A stretch of DNA of 64,000 bases from an uncultured virus (IMG/VR IMGVR_UViG_3300025120_000023). Taxonomy: Duplodnaviria > Heunggongvirae > Uroviricota > Caudoviricetes. A program made the translations under genes and the position numbers. Shown one piece after another: positions 9,036-17,358 of this stretch (within the stretch, counting starts at the first letter, position 1; every line of letters begins with the position of its first letter). Where the stretch lies: IMG/VR virus record IMGVR_UViG_3300025120_000023; one strand, 5' to 3'. The notes below the pieces were generated by a model. The model worked only from the letters and a program-made list of their open reading frames with translations, was not told where the DNA came from and ran no database searches.

Positions 9036-9677
9036 TTATGTTCTACTTTGATCTATTAATTGAAAAAATTCTTGTCTTGTTCCTATCTCATTTGTCCAGA
9101 AGTATCCAGACATTTGTGATGTCTTCATTACTGAGTCTTGTTTGATACCTCTACACTTCACACAGTTGTGTTGTGATTCAACTACCACAGCTACACCTCT
9201 GTTTCCTACACATAACTTATCAACGTGATCGTGAATTTGCTTTGTTAAGCTTTCTTGTATGTTTGGTCTACGAGAATAAAAATCTACAATACGATTAAGC
9301 TTACTCAAACCAACTACTAGATCCTCCTTCTCTTTACCTGGTATGTAAGCTACATGAGCTACTCCTGAGAAAGTTAAGTTATGGTGTGCACACATACTCA
9401 TTACTGGAATACGTGTTTGGCATATTAATCCGGTGTAGCCTTCGTCGTTAGGGAATGCAGTTACTTCAGGTGCTGGATTGATGGATCCTGCAATAAGATC
9501 ATTAACCCATGCTTTCGCTACACGGTGAGGTGTACGATCGCTATGAGGATCAGCTTTCCAATCAAAACCTAACGCTTCTAAAAATCCACCATAATACTCA
9601 GCAGCCTTTTTTATCATCTGCTCCTTCTCTTCGTTTGTACGAGGAAGATTCCCGTTCGCTTTTTTAATTAATTTCAT
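9036..9677 (-). CDS. folE: GTP cyclohydrolase I
   Basis: TPHRVAK, SMCAHH, GLSKLNR, IQESLT, HNCVKCRG. Confidence 0.95.
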   Translation of the reverse strand: MKLIKKANGNLPRTNEEKEQMIKKAAEYYGGFLEALGFDWKADPHSDRTPHRVAKAWVNDLIAGSINPAPEVTAFPNDEGYTGLICQTRIPVMSMCAHHNLTFSGVAHVAYIPGKEKEDLVVGLSKLNRIVDFYSRRPNIQESLTKQIHDHVDKLCVGNRGVAVVVESQHNCVKCRGIKQDSVMKTSQMSGYFWTNEIGTRQEFFQLIDQSRT

Positions 9678-9680
9678 ATA

Positions 9681-10157
9681 TTAATTGTTGTTTATAATTT
9701 CTAATCGTTCTTCAAATATACTAAAAATCTTTTGACATTCCAACTCTATTGGTTTATTATCTGCAACCTCAAAAGATTCAGTATCTTTGATATCGTCACG
9801 ACGTTCATAACGCACTTTTCGTATGTGTTCGGATGTGTTTAACCATATTAGATGAGAGTCGGGATACCACTCAAGAATTTTATCTACGATTGTAGATTGT
9901 CTTATCCCATCTACAATAATAGGTCTTCTCTTAATGATACCTTTCTCCACACAAGTTGTTATAGCATCTAACACTCCAACAACCTCTTCCGCAATACGCT
10001 CATCTAAATGTAGTGAGTTTTGTAACTTTGTTCGATCCTCACTTTTTATCAAATCCTTAACAATGTTAGATACCGATATTCTGTAAGATGTTGATGCTTG
10101 AAACGAACTCTTCCCACTACATATACGTCCAAATAATAATATAACTTCTGCTTTCAT
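9681..10157 (-). CDS. P-loop nucleoside monophosphate kinase-like protein (start revised to 10157)
   Basis: ILLFGRICSGKS Walker A, IIVDGIR, lid R..RYERR; ATGA overlap with upstream stop. Confidence 0.75.
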   Translation of the reverse strand: MKAEVILLFGRICSGKSSFQASTSYRISVSNIVKDLIKSEDRTKLQNSLHLDERIAEEVVGVLDAITTCVEKGIIKRRPIIVDGIRQSTIVDKILEWYPDSHLIWLNTSEHIRKVRYERRDDIKDTESFEVADNKPIELECQKIFSIFEERLEIINNN

Positions 10158-10495
10158 ATCTCTACAATTCCAAAAAATTCTCCATCCTCTGACACAGTGC
10201 ATCGACAAAGACCAAAATAGTTTAACAAATCCTCCGCTATCATCTCACAGCTCATTCCTCCAAAGTTGCAACATCCATATGCTCCATCGTACCAAGTCTT
10301 AGCAATATATTTTTTAAGCTTATGTTTAAAATCTATAAACTCAATGTCTCTATCACCATGTGACACTTCTGCTCTACAACTTATCTGGAATGTGTGTCTG
10401 TGTAAATGTTTTAAATACTCAACATTTGGTAGTGGACAATCTTTCCACTGATGCAATCCTTCTACATCAACTCTTACCTCTATATATTTTTTCAT
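10154..10495 (-). CDS. QueD paralogue (T-fold), DpdL-like putative CDG decarboxylase
   Basis: LKHLHRHTF (LxxxHRHxF instead of QueD CxxxHGH), RDIEF, SCEMIA, VSEDGE. Confidence 0.7.
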   Translation of the reverse strand: MKKYIEVRVDVEGLHQWKDCPLPNVEYLKHLHRHTFQISCRAEVSHGDRDIEFIDFKHKLKKYIAKTWYDGAYGCCNFGGMSCEMIAEDLLNYFGLCRCTVSEDGEFFGIVEI

Positions 10496-10535
10496 AATTC
10501 TAATATACGGCTTTTATTGCAAAGATACAACTTTA

Positions 10536-10739
10536 TTAGTCTTCAATTAATTCTGGTTCTTCTTCGCTCTCTAAACACTTATCTCTTGCTAGATCCCAAT
10601 CGAAGTCAAACTCCCCCTCGTAATATGCTTCTAAAAAGCTTTCTTTATCTTTCTTGTAGTGAGCTAACTGTTCTTCAGTCAACTCCACCTCTTCCCATCT
10701 GTAGTCCGTATATGTGACTAGCTTTCGTAACTTTGCCAT
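10536..10739 (-). CDS. Small acidic hypothetical protein (start revised)
   Basis: ATG immediately after upstream stop; MAKLRKLV... Confidence 0.55.
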   Translation of the reverse strand: MAKLRKLVTYTDYRWEEVELTEEQLAHYKKDKESFLEAYYEGEFDFDWDLARDKCLESEEEPELIED

Positions 10740-10740
10740 A

Positions 10741-11223
10741 CTACTTTTTGTCTTTGTCTTTTTGCCATTGACCATCGTACAACTCTGCTTCTGCATTCTC
10801 CATCATAATGATCTGAGCTACTCTAGCACCTTTTTCTAAAACAATAGTTTCAGTAGCTATAAGCATACCACCCATCTCATCTACCTCAAATCCTGGATCG
10901 TAAACTCCTGATGTGATAACACCTCCTGATCTTAGAACAGAGGACCTATGCCTAATAAAAGCTGTGTGTTTGTCATCCAACTTACATCCTTGTTCAAAGG
11001 TGAGTGAATAGGTACCTGGTTCTAGTTGATATAGAAACTTACCATCATCATTAATGAATGGTGTAACTTCATCGTAATCAAATACAGTGGTTTTATCTTT
11101 CATAACCATACCACCATTTACTTTATTTATTGACTTTAAGGTTAAGTCATAACCAACTTGCGCTTTCTTTCCTTTGTCTTTTGTATCAAGCAAGGAAGCG
11201 ACTCCATCTGCATTTAGTAACAT
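10741..11223 (-). CDS. Trimeric dUTPase/dCTP-deaminase-fold protein
   Basis: GYDLT, RSSVLR, YDPGF, GARVAQ, YDGQWQ. Confidence 0.85.
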   Translation of the reverse strand: MLLNADGVASLLDTKDKGKKAQVGYDLTLKSINKVNGGMVMKDKTTVFDYDEVTPFINDDGKFLYQLEPGTYSLTFEQGCKLDDKHTAFIRHRSSVLRSGGVITSGVYDPGFEVDEMGGMLIATETIVLEKGARVAQIIMMENAEAELYDGQWQKDKDKK

Positions 11224-11232
11224 ATTTGTATC

Positions 11233-11391
11233 TTATTTGTTTTGTGTATTAATACTTCTTTTTAAAACTGCAGCAATTAATAACATTGCTCCTCCTATTA
11301 CCAACGCATGCATAAGAGTTGGTGATCCTTCATACTGACAACACTGCTCTCCGCATGCTCCCATAGTGTGTTTAATTAAATCTGTGTTCAT
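11233..11391 (-). CDS. Small Cys/His membrane peptide (52 aa)
   Basis: Hand translation MNTDLIKHTMGACGEQCCQYEGSPTLMHALVIGGAMLLIAAVLKRSINTQNK; follows a class 2 promoter. Confidence 0.55.
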   Translation of the reverse strand: MNTDLIKHTMGACGEQCCQYEGSPTLMHALVIGGAMLLIAAVLKRSINTQNK

Positions 11392-11431
11392 ATTATTTGG
11401 TTTTATTTGTATTAATATACGGTTTATTATT

Positions 11432-11566
11432 CTATTTTCCTAATTCTTTTATCTTTTCTTTAAGCTCATCAATCATTGCTTGAACCTCATCAGGCTCCAT
11501 TGTAATAGCACAGCATGTGCCAACGTGTTCTGATATCTCTTCTAGTAACTCTAAAGCTTCTTCCAT
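11432..11566 (-). CDS. Small helical protein (44 aa)
   Basis: Hand translation MEEALELLEEISEHVGTCCAITMEPDEVQAMIDELKEKIKELGK; start overlaps queE stop. Confidence 0.55.
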   Translation of the reverse strand: MEEALELLEEISEHVGTCCAITMEPDEVQAMIDELKEKIKELGK

Positions 11567-12423
11567 CACACTCCTCGTTCTGTATCGAATGCTATGATGT
11601 GATCTCTACCAGTCATATTGTATCCCTCTCTTTCGCACATTCTGAATACTTTGGGATACATTTCGATTAGTGTTACTCTCGTATCTCCGGCTGGCATCAT
11701 ATATGTCTTGTCTTTTGGAATATTCATCTCAACTCTGAAAGCTTCGATCTCCTCTAAGTTTTTATCTGTACCGTCCCATACTGGTTTGAAGTGATAGTCT
11801 GTGTGATAGTCTAAAGTCTTACGCATTGCGTCGTAATTCATTCTCAACTTGTTGTGTTGTTTTATCATACGCTCATCCGTTTCTTTACCAGATGGCGTCT
11901 TAGCGCCCAAAACGGGAACACTATTACTAAACTTAGGGCTAAGACTAATAAGCCCAATAGGATGATCAGTTGGTAAAAAGTGACTACCTTCAGTTTCAAT
12001 AGTGATAAGAATACCTCTTTCATTTGCAAAGTGTGTTAATTCGTTTACTAGAGCTGGATGCATTGTTGGTGATCCTCCAGTTAACATCATTTCTTTTACG
12101 TGAGGATTGTCGTCATAAATTTTAATAATGTCGTTGAAGTTGAATGTACCTTTCTCTGGATGAATACTTGTGTACCAAGAATCACACCATCCACCCTCAC
12201 CAAAGTAACATCTGTGAGTACATCCAGTTGTTCTTACTGCAATAGTAGGTCTTCCGAATCTACTACCTTCAGACTGAACACATCTGTAAACTTCCACTAT
12301 AGGTAGTACTTTATCGTAATTCTCAATACGTTTTAGTTGCTTTTCTTTTGTTGCTTGATAAGGTTTGTTCCTATCAAAATCGTAGTAATGCTTTGAGTGT
12401 TTTCTTGTGTCTTGCATGCTCAT
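11566..12423 (-). CDS. queE: 7-carboxy-7-deazaguanine synthase (radical SAM)
   Basis: VQSEG..GRP..AVRTTGC..RC...WCDS, LTGG, IETEG, SLSPK. Confidence 0.92.
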   Translation of the reverse strand: MSMQDTRKHSKHYYDFDRNKPYQATKEKQLKRIENYDKVLPIVEVYRCVQSEGSRFGRPTIAVRTTGCTHRCYFGEGGWCDSWYTSIHPEKGTFNFNDIIKIYDDNPHVKEMMLTGGSPTMHPALVNELTHFANERGILITIETEGSHFLPTDHPIGLISLSPKFSNSVPVLGAKTPSGKETDERMIKQHNKLRMNYDAMRKTLDYHTDYHFKPVWDGTDKNLEEIEAFRVEMNIPKDKTYMMPAGDTRVTLIEMYPKVFRMCEREGYNMTGRDHIIAFDTERGV

Positions 12424-12426
12424 AAA

Positions 12427-12672
12427 TTAAAATGGTAAGTCATCAACCTTTGGTTCTGGTCTCTTTGGTGTATCTGGCTTTGGTGCAGGAGGGTTAAAAT
12501 AGCTGTCTAAGAATTGTTTTGGATACATTAGTATCTTTCCTTCGTATGTAGGATTCTGTATTTCTTTGCTTTCAATGCGTACACCTTGCTTAAACGCTTC
12601 TTCTGCAACTTTCTTACCTAGCTCTGCTCCTGCAGCTCTGTTTAAGTAATCGTATAATGATAACATCTCCAT
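12427..12672 (-). CDS. Hypothetical protein
   Basis: SLYDYL..AAG..LG; ends DDLPF. Confidence 0.7.
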   Translation of the reverse strand: MEMLSLYDYLNRAAGAELGKKVAEEAFKQGVRIESKEIQNPTYEGKILMYPKQFLDSYFNPPAPKPDTPKRPEPKVDDLPF

Positions 12673-12738
12673 AACTAATCTTTTATGTATTCGTATACAA
12701 AATCTATATCACCAAACGTGGTTGTGTATGTCCAATAA

Positions 12739-13206
12739 CTATCCTTCATAGATTGCTGTATTTTTCTTGTTCTCAAAAAATTCCACTCTTGCGATACTCA
12801 CTCTGCCTTCTGTCTCTTCTTGTACAAACGCGTTTAGCTTTTTGTATATAAACTCAGCAAATCTCTCAGCGCCTACTGGACCATCCATTTCTCTTAATTG
12901 GATGATACCCTCATCATCTGCTTCTTGAAAATGAGTTAAGTATGGATCATCTTTTGCAATTACAACTGTATGATCAAACATATAATCCATCCACTCTTTA
13001 GGAGACATTCCATCAATCTTAGTATTGGATCTTTTCATTCCTCCAAAGTCCCATACCCAATTACGATGATCAAGATCACCCTCGAAGGTTACTTTAAACT
13101 CTATTGCATATCCATGTAAGAATCTGCAGTGTGTTGTTGTTGCTTGGTATTGACGAAATACTGTACTGAATCCGTCAAAGATTTTTGTTGATTGAAATTT
13201 AGGCAT
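12739..13206 (-). CDS. queD: 6-carboxy-5,6,7,8-tetrahydropterin synthase
   Basis: CRFLHGY, WVWDFG, FDHT, GAERFA. Confidence 0.9.
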   Translation of the reverse strand: MPKFQSTKIFDGFSTVFRQYQATTTHCRFLHGYAIEFKVTFEGDLDHRNWVWDFGGMKRSNTKIDGMSPKEWMDYMFDHTVVIAKDDPYLTHFQEADDEGIIQLREMDGPVGAERFAEFIYKKLNAFVQEETEGRVSIARVEFFENKKNTAIYEG

Positions 13207-13654
13207 ATTGTTCTTTTGTTTGTTTACTTATACTACTATACAAAGAATAAAACGATTTTGCACCTTTTGTGTCCTGATCAAACGCTTCGGATAAACACTT
13301 ATCCCAAACATCTATCTCAAAGTAATCTATTAATGCTAACTTGAAATCGAGCAAAATGTTTCCTTCTTCCCAGTTATAATCCTCCATCAGCTTATTATAT
13401 CGCTTTCGATACCTACGCTCGATGTCTAGGTATCTGTGATCTTGTTCTGGGTTTGTGCCTTTGTAGGATTCTACAAATGCTTTGAGCTCTCTGTCTCTTG
13501 TTTTAAACTCTTCCTCAGCTTGACGTTTGTAGTCAGACTCATCAAAGTCACCATGCTCGATCTGTTGTAAGATGAACGGTTTGAGTTTGTGAGCGTGTTT
13601 AGGATTTAGCTTCTTCTTTTTTGGATAACGTCTCCACCAATAAAATCTACTCAT
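13199..13654 (-). CDS. Hypothetical protein
   Basis: ORF overlapping both neighbours. Confidence 0.7.
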   Translation of the reverse strand: MSRFYWWRRYPKKKKLNPKHAHKLKPFILQQIEHGDFDESDYKRQAEEEFKTRDRELKAFVESYKGTNPEQDHRYLDIERRYRKRYNKLMEDYNWEEGNILLDFKLALIDYFEIDVWDKCLSEAFDQDTKGAKSFYSLYSSISKQTKEQYA

Positions 13655-13838
13655 ATTCTTCTATTATTTCAGCGTCTTGTATATGTTCACAGAAGTATAG
13701 TTTTCCCTCCTTGCGCAATACTAGATTGCACAGCAAATGTTCTTTCATTTCTACTGATGGAAAGTCGGGGTGATCAGTGAACTTTCGCTTCACTATATAT
13801 AGTTCCCCTTTATAGTTTATAACCTCTTTATTAAACAT
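13647..13838 (-). CDS. Hypothetical protein
   Basis: First gene after the class 2 promoter at 13844. Confidence 0.65.
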   Translation of the reverse strand: MFNKEVINYKGELYIVKRKFTDHPDFPSVEMKEHLLCNLVLRKEGKLYFCEHIQDAEIIEEYE

Positions 13839-13843
13839 ACCTA

Positions 13844-13873
13844 AATATACGGAATATTTATTAGTAATCCAAC
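13844..13873 (-). promoter_or_regulatory. Class 2 (putative early/middle) promoter; other copies at 3666, 10502, 11414, 21791, 24924, 26946
   Basis: Sense GTTG-N18-CGTATATT with identical spacing in all 7 copies, each upstream of DNA-metabolism genes. Confidence 0.75.
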
Positions 13874-13876
13874 TTA

Positions 13877-15241
13877 TTATTCTTCTTTAGATACCTCAGA
13901 CTCCTTTTGTGGTGCCGCTTTGTATTCTATACGTGGTAACAAGTTACTCGAAAGATTAAATACTTCAAAGCCACACTCCTGACTCCACAGATAATCAACT
14001 ATATCGTTTATGCTTCCTTTTGCGTATATATAATCTCCATTGCTTGGTGCATCTTTTTTTCCAGCGTCACACGCTATAAAGCCTACAAATTTACTCTTTA
14101 AGCCATTGTAGTACTTGATTAAGTTTCCAAGACCCCAATACCTATTAACTTCTAACGGATCTTTCCAGTTACATGTTATGTTTGATGGTGGTATCAAATT
14201 TGTAGCTTTCATCATGTCAACAACCAAAGCTTCAACCTCAGCTTCATTTCCATCTTCAGCAGCTTTAGCCAATGCAAAGGGAGCTGTTAATGATTTATCA
14301 TTGTACATTATTCTAGTACCCTCCTCCAACGCATCTTCTTGCACTTTTCCACCGCTAACAGTAATGCCAATTTCGTTCAATCTTTTAATAAAATCCTGAT
14401 TCGTAATGAGATTGACTCCTCCTGATGCTCCCAGCCTTGCACTCCATCCTTTAACTTCGAGTTCTCCAACTTTGTCAAGCTCTAAATCACCAGCTCCTTT
14501 TGGCTTTCTTATGTTTTGATACAATAAAGCCATCATAATCTCAGCCATTCCAACCCCTTTTACGCCCTCATCTTGTCCAGTATATTTAGACAATATATCG
14601 ACCAACTCGTCAGTCATTCCAGTTTCCGCAAGGTCTTTTTTGAAGTTACCATAGTGGGACTCTGGATTAAAATATTCTTGTTCACCCTTTCCTTTCTTAT
14701 CTAAATAAGAAATAAATTTACTATACACGGAAGATGGTAGAGCTTTTAACATTTCTTGGATTTCTAAGGATATCTTTTTTGGCATGTTGTAAACTACATT
14801 ACCTTTCTTATCTATTTTCTCTTTAAATCCAGTTAGTTTAAATGTCTTTTTGAGTGGATCATATAGAGTAAATGCTTGAAGGTCTTGATGTAATCTATAC
14901 AACTTTCCTTTAATATCATCTTCTATTTCTGGATCAAGAGAACCATCGTCCAACTGAACACTAAGTGCTTTAACTGCTTTTAATCTGTCCTTGAAAACTT
15001 TTTCAACATCAGCAGCGGTTATTGAGTCTTTGTCTACTTCATTAATCACACTATGCTTAATCACATCCGATACTGGAGTCTTGCTTTTTACAAAGCTAGG
15101 CATCTCATTGATACCATTCTCTTTAAGTATCTCATGTAACACTTTTAATTCACTTGGTTCAGTAAACTTGCCATCCTCCATTGTAGGATAACCTTTCTTG
15201 AGTCTATATGACCACTCTAGTAGTATGTCATTTATTTCCAT
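13877..15241 (-). CDS. Putative internal head protein with PD-(D/E)XK-like C-terminal domain
   Basis: N-terminal INE-type motifs; GMAE...GDL...ELEVKG. Confidence 0.5.
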   Translation of the reverse strand: MEINDILLEWSYRLKKGYPTMEDGKFTEPSELKVLHEILKENGINEMPSFVKSKTPVSDVIKHSVINEVDKDSITAADVEKVFKDRLKAVKALSVQLDDGSLDPEIEDDIKGKLYRLHQDLQAFTLYDPLKKTFKLTGFKEKIDKKGNVVYNMPKKISLEIQEMLKALPSSVYSKFISYLDKKGKGEQEYFNPESHYGNFKKDLAETGMTDELVDILSKYTGQDEGVKGVGMAEIMMALLYQNIRKPKGAGDLELDKVGELEVKGWSARLGASGGVNLITNQDFIKRLNEIGITVSGGKVQEDALEEGTRIMYNDKSLTAPFALAKAAEDGNEAEVEALVVDMMKATNLIPPSNITCNWKDPLEVNRYWGLGNLIKYYNGLKSKFVGFIACDAGKKDAPSNGDYIYAKGSINDIVDYLWSQECGFEVFNLSSNLLPRIEYKAAPQKESEVSKEE

Positions 15242-15245
15242 AACT
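15197..15245. repeat. Direct repeat B' (partner 16404-16452)
   Basis: 46/49 identical by manual alignment. Confidence 0.9.
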
Positions 15246-16389
15246 GTTTTTTAACTTTCGTTAGTTGTTCAAAGATTGATTCGTTAAGACTATTTTTATA
15301 CTCTGAGAAAAACTCTCCTAGATCGTCTGAATATTTTTTGTTGTTTATGATGTTAGAAACTATGTCATCCATGTCTAGGTCCATCGGATCTAAATTCATA
15401 CCATCACCATAGTCTGCAATAAGATCTTCTCGAGTAGCTCCTCCCATCTCTAAGGTGTCAACTAACCATTTTTCAAACTCTCCTTTTAAGGTTGCATCCT
15501 TTTTAAGCTCCTTTGCTGCTTGTTTTCCATCTATGCTTACTGATTTTTGTTTACCTTTTGGTGGAGTTTTGGCTAGGTGTTTAGCAAAATCATCACTCAT
15601 AGCTAACTCTACCCACGCATCAAAAACCGCTTCATACGCTTTTAATAGCTCTGCTGCTGCTTGGTCACCCTTTGCATCCATTAACTTTTTGAAGTCTGAT
15701 ACCCAACTCGTCTCATCGTCAAGCTTCCATGTTGAAGCCTCTGAACCTCCTTGTGAGTTTATTACATAAAGACATAAGAGATTGTAGTCGTCAATTCCGT
15801 ACTTGGCACTTTTCACATCTCCCTTGAGTGTTTCGACAGTCCATTCTAAGTCACGATTTAACTTCCTGTGGGACGGAACTTTTTTATTATAAACTTCTGA
15901 TGATGCATCGGCATAGTTGTACCAAGGTTGCTTAAAAGGATCCATCATGCCGGCACTTGTTCCTATCTCAGAGCGATTATCAAGACCCTTCAAACCTGGA
16001 CTACTGAAAGCTTGTGCTAATTGTTCTGCTGTTTTCCGGCCATACTGCTGAGAATTATATCGGCTCACCCAAGCATAAATAGCAGACCCTCCAGGAGGAG
16101 TGTACATAAAAAACGTATTATATGCTATGGCGTTTGCAAACTCATCCTTACTCACTGCCAACTCTCCAGAGATTTTAGAATTAGAAAGCTGGGATGCGGC
16201 TGCTTGCTTGAATGTCGATTCGTTCTTCTCAGCGTACTTTTTTATTATCTTTCTCAGATTGTCATTATCATAGTCATAAGGTTCGCCCAACTCTTCCATC
16301 CTCTCTACATAAGCTGAGTAATCAGTTGCTTCATTAAGCGGACTACGAAGTCCTGCGACTTCCATTAATCGTTTTCTATTCAGTTTCAT
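15232..16389 (-). CDS. Putative internal head protein
   Basis: MKLNRKRLMEVAGL..LNE leader shared with 16451..17047. Confidence 0.6.
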   Translation of the reverse strand: MKLNRKRLMEVAGLRSPLNEATDYSAYVERMEELGEPYDYDNDNLRKIIKKYAEKNESTFKQAAASQLSNSKISGELAVSKDEFANAIAYNTFFMYTPPGGSAIYAWVSRYNSQQYGRKTAEQLAQAFSSPGLKGLDNRSEIGTSAGMMDPFKQPWYNYADASSEVYNKKVPSHRKLNRDLEWTVETLKGDVKSAKYGIDDYNLLCLYVINSQGGSEASTWKLDDETSWVSDFKKLMDAKGDQAAAELLKAYEAVFDAWVELAMSDDFAKHLAKTPPKGKQKSVSIDGKQAAKELKKDATLKGEFEKWLVDTLEMGGATREDLIADYGDGMNLDPMDLDMDDIVSNIINNKKYSDDLGEFFSEYKNSLNESIFEQLTKVKKQLWK

Positions 16390-16403
16390 TTTTTTCTATT
16401 TGT
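16351..16403. repeat. Direct repeat A' (partner 17009-17061)
   Basis: 47/53 identical by manual alignment. Confidence 0.9.
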
Positions 16404-16448
16404 CTTGATTCTATATGACCACTCTAGTAATATGTCATTTATCTCCAT
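16386..16448 (-). pseudogene. 20-codon remnant copy of the 5' end of gene 13877..15241
   Basis: MEINDILLEWSYRIKTNRKK*; its TGA overlaps the ATG at 16389. Confidence 0.7.
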
Positions 16449-16450
16449 AA

Positions 16451-17047
16451 CTATCTTTTATAAATACCTTTTCTGTGTTGGAAGTTTTTACCTTTTTGTT
16501 TCCATGTAGAATACGTATGCGCATCCTTATCTCCCATATTAATTGCATACCTTCTCCACTCATTCTCCTCGGATGTCTCGCCCTCTTGGTCTTTTCGTCC
16601 TCGTGTGAGAGGTGCATCCCTTCGATACTGAGCATTGAAAGGCGCTTCTGGTGGTCGATCATATGTTTTCATGTACTCTGGGTGATTAGGATCTACACTT
16701 ATATAGGCTTTACCGGGTGGTAAACCTGCTTGCTTAACTTCTACTGCTTTAGTAGCTTTTTTTATATTCAACGATGGGTCTTTAATTTTTAGATAAGCAA
16801 TCAATTGATTAAACCACTGGTTCTCCTCCTCATCATTAGATGCCCAATCTTTAGCTTCTAAGCTCGCTATAACGTCAGCTGGTTGAGCTGATCCGTCTTC
16901 CATTGCTTTATCTGCTGCTTTTTCGTTAAACGCATCTGGATCAATGTCTAGTAGGTTCTCAATCACACCGTACCCTGCGTCTTTGTTTGCTGCTTCAGTT
17001 ACTGGCAATCCTGCCATCTCCATTAATCTTTTTCTAGTTAGTTTCAT
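16451..17047 (-). CDS. Putative internal head protein
   Basis: MKLTRKRLMEMAGLPVTE leader. Confidence 0.6.
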   Translation of the reverse strand: MKLTRKRLMEMAGLPVTEAANKDAGYGVIENLLDIDPDAFNEKAADKAMEDGSAQPADVIASLEAKDWASNDEEENQWFNQLIAYLKIKDPSLNIKKATKAVEVKQAGLPPGKAYISVDPNHPEYMKTYDRPPEAPFNAQYRRDAPLTRGRKDQEGETSEENEWRRYAINMGDKDAHTYSTWKQKGKNFQHRKGIYKR

Positions 17048-17357
17048 TTTTTTCTATTTGTGATGACTTAGGTGGCATCTTCTTTGGAGCTGGCTTTGAT
17101 TTTGCAGCTTCTTTTTTATTTTTGATCGTTTCCCAATCTGGAGTGTCATGTACTTCTTTAAACATTACCTTTTTAGGTGGAAACAATGCATTGTATGTTT
17201 CGTCGTTTACTTCAGCAGTTTGGTGTAATCCATTCTGCTTTTGAAATTCCAACACCTTTCTTTGTGTTGCTGTATCCCATACTCCGGTGATCATTGCACC
17301 GACTCTTTCTTGTATTTGTCTTACGACAGCTCCTGATGATCCTCTTCTTATTAACAT
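17034..17357 (-). CDS. Peptidoglycan-binding domain protein (start revised)
   Basis: LIRRGSSG..VRQIQ...TGVWD..T...V.EFQKQNGL...V...TYNAL matches the PG_binding_1 pattern; Lys/Pro tail, no catalytic domain. Confidence 0.8.
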   Translation of the reverse strand: MLIRRGSSGAVVRQIQERVGAMITGVWDTATQRKVLEFQKQNGLHQTAEVNDETYNALFPPKKVMFKEVHDTPDWETIKNKKEAAKSKPAPKKMPPKSSQIEKNETN

Positions 17358-17358
17358 A

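Noticed and set aside
12675..12749. Tiny ORFs MKDSYWTYTTT... (24 aa) and 18337..18465 (42 aa)
   Set aside because: They fill gaps and overlap neighbours plausibly but are too short to support without conservation data
8222..13206. Cluster as a queuosine tRNA-modification auxiliary pathway
   Set aside because: No queC/queF/queA in window, TGT-like protein lacks the Zn site of tRNA TGTs, and promoters are shared with replication genes; DNA modification fits better, though unproven
16435..16662. Alternative-frame minus ORFs (also 22179..22418, 28815..29036, 59952..60170)
   Set aside because: Nested in longer credible genes; no independent signals
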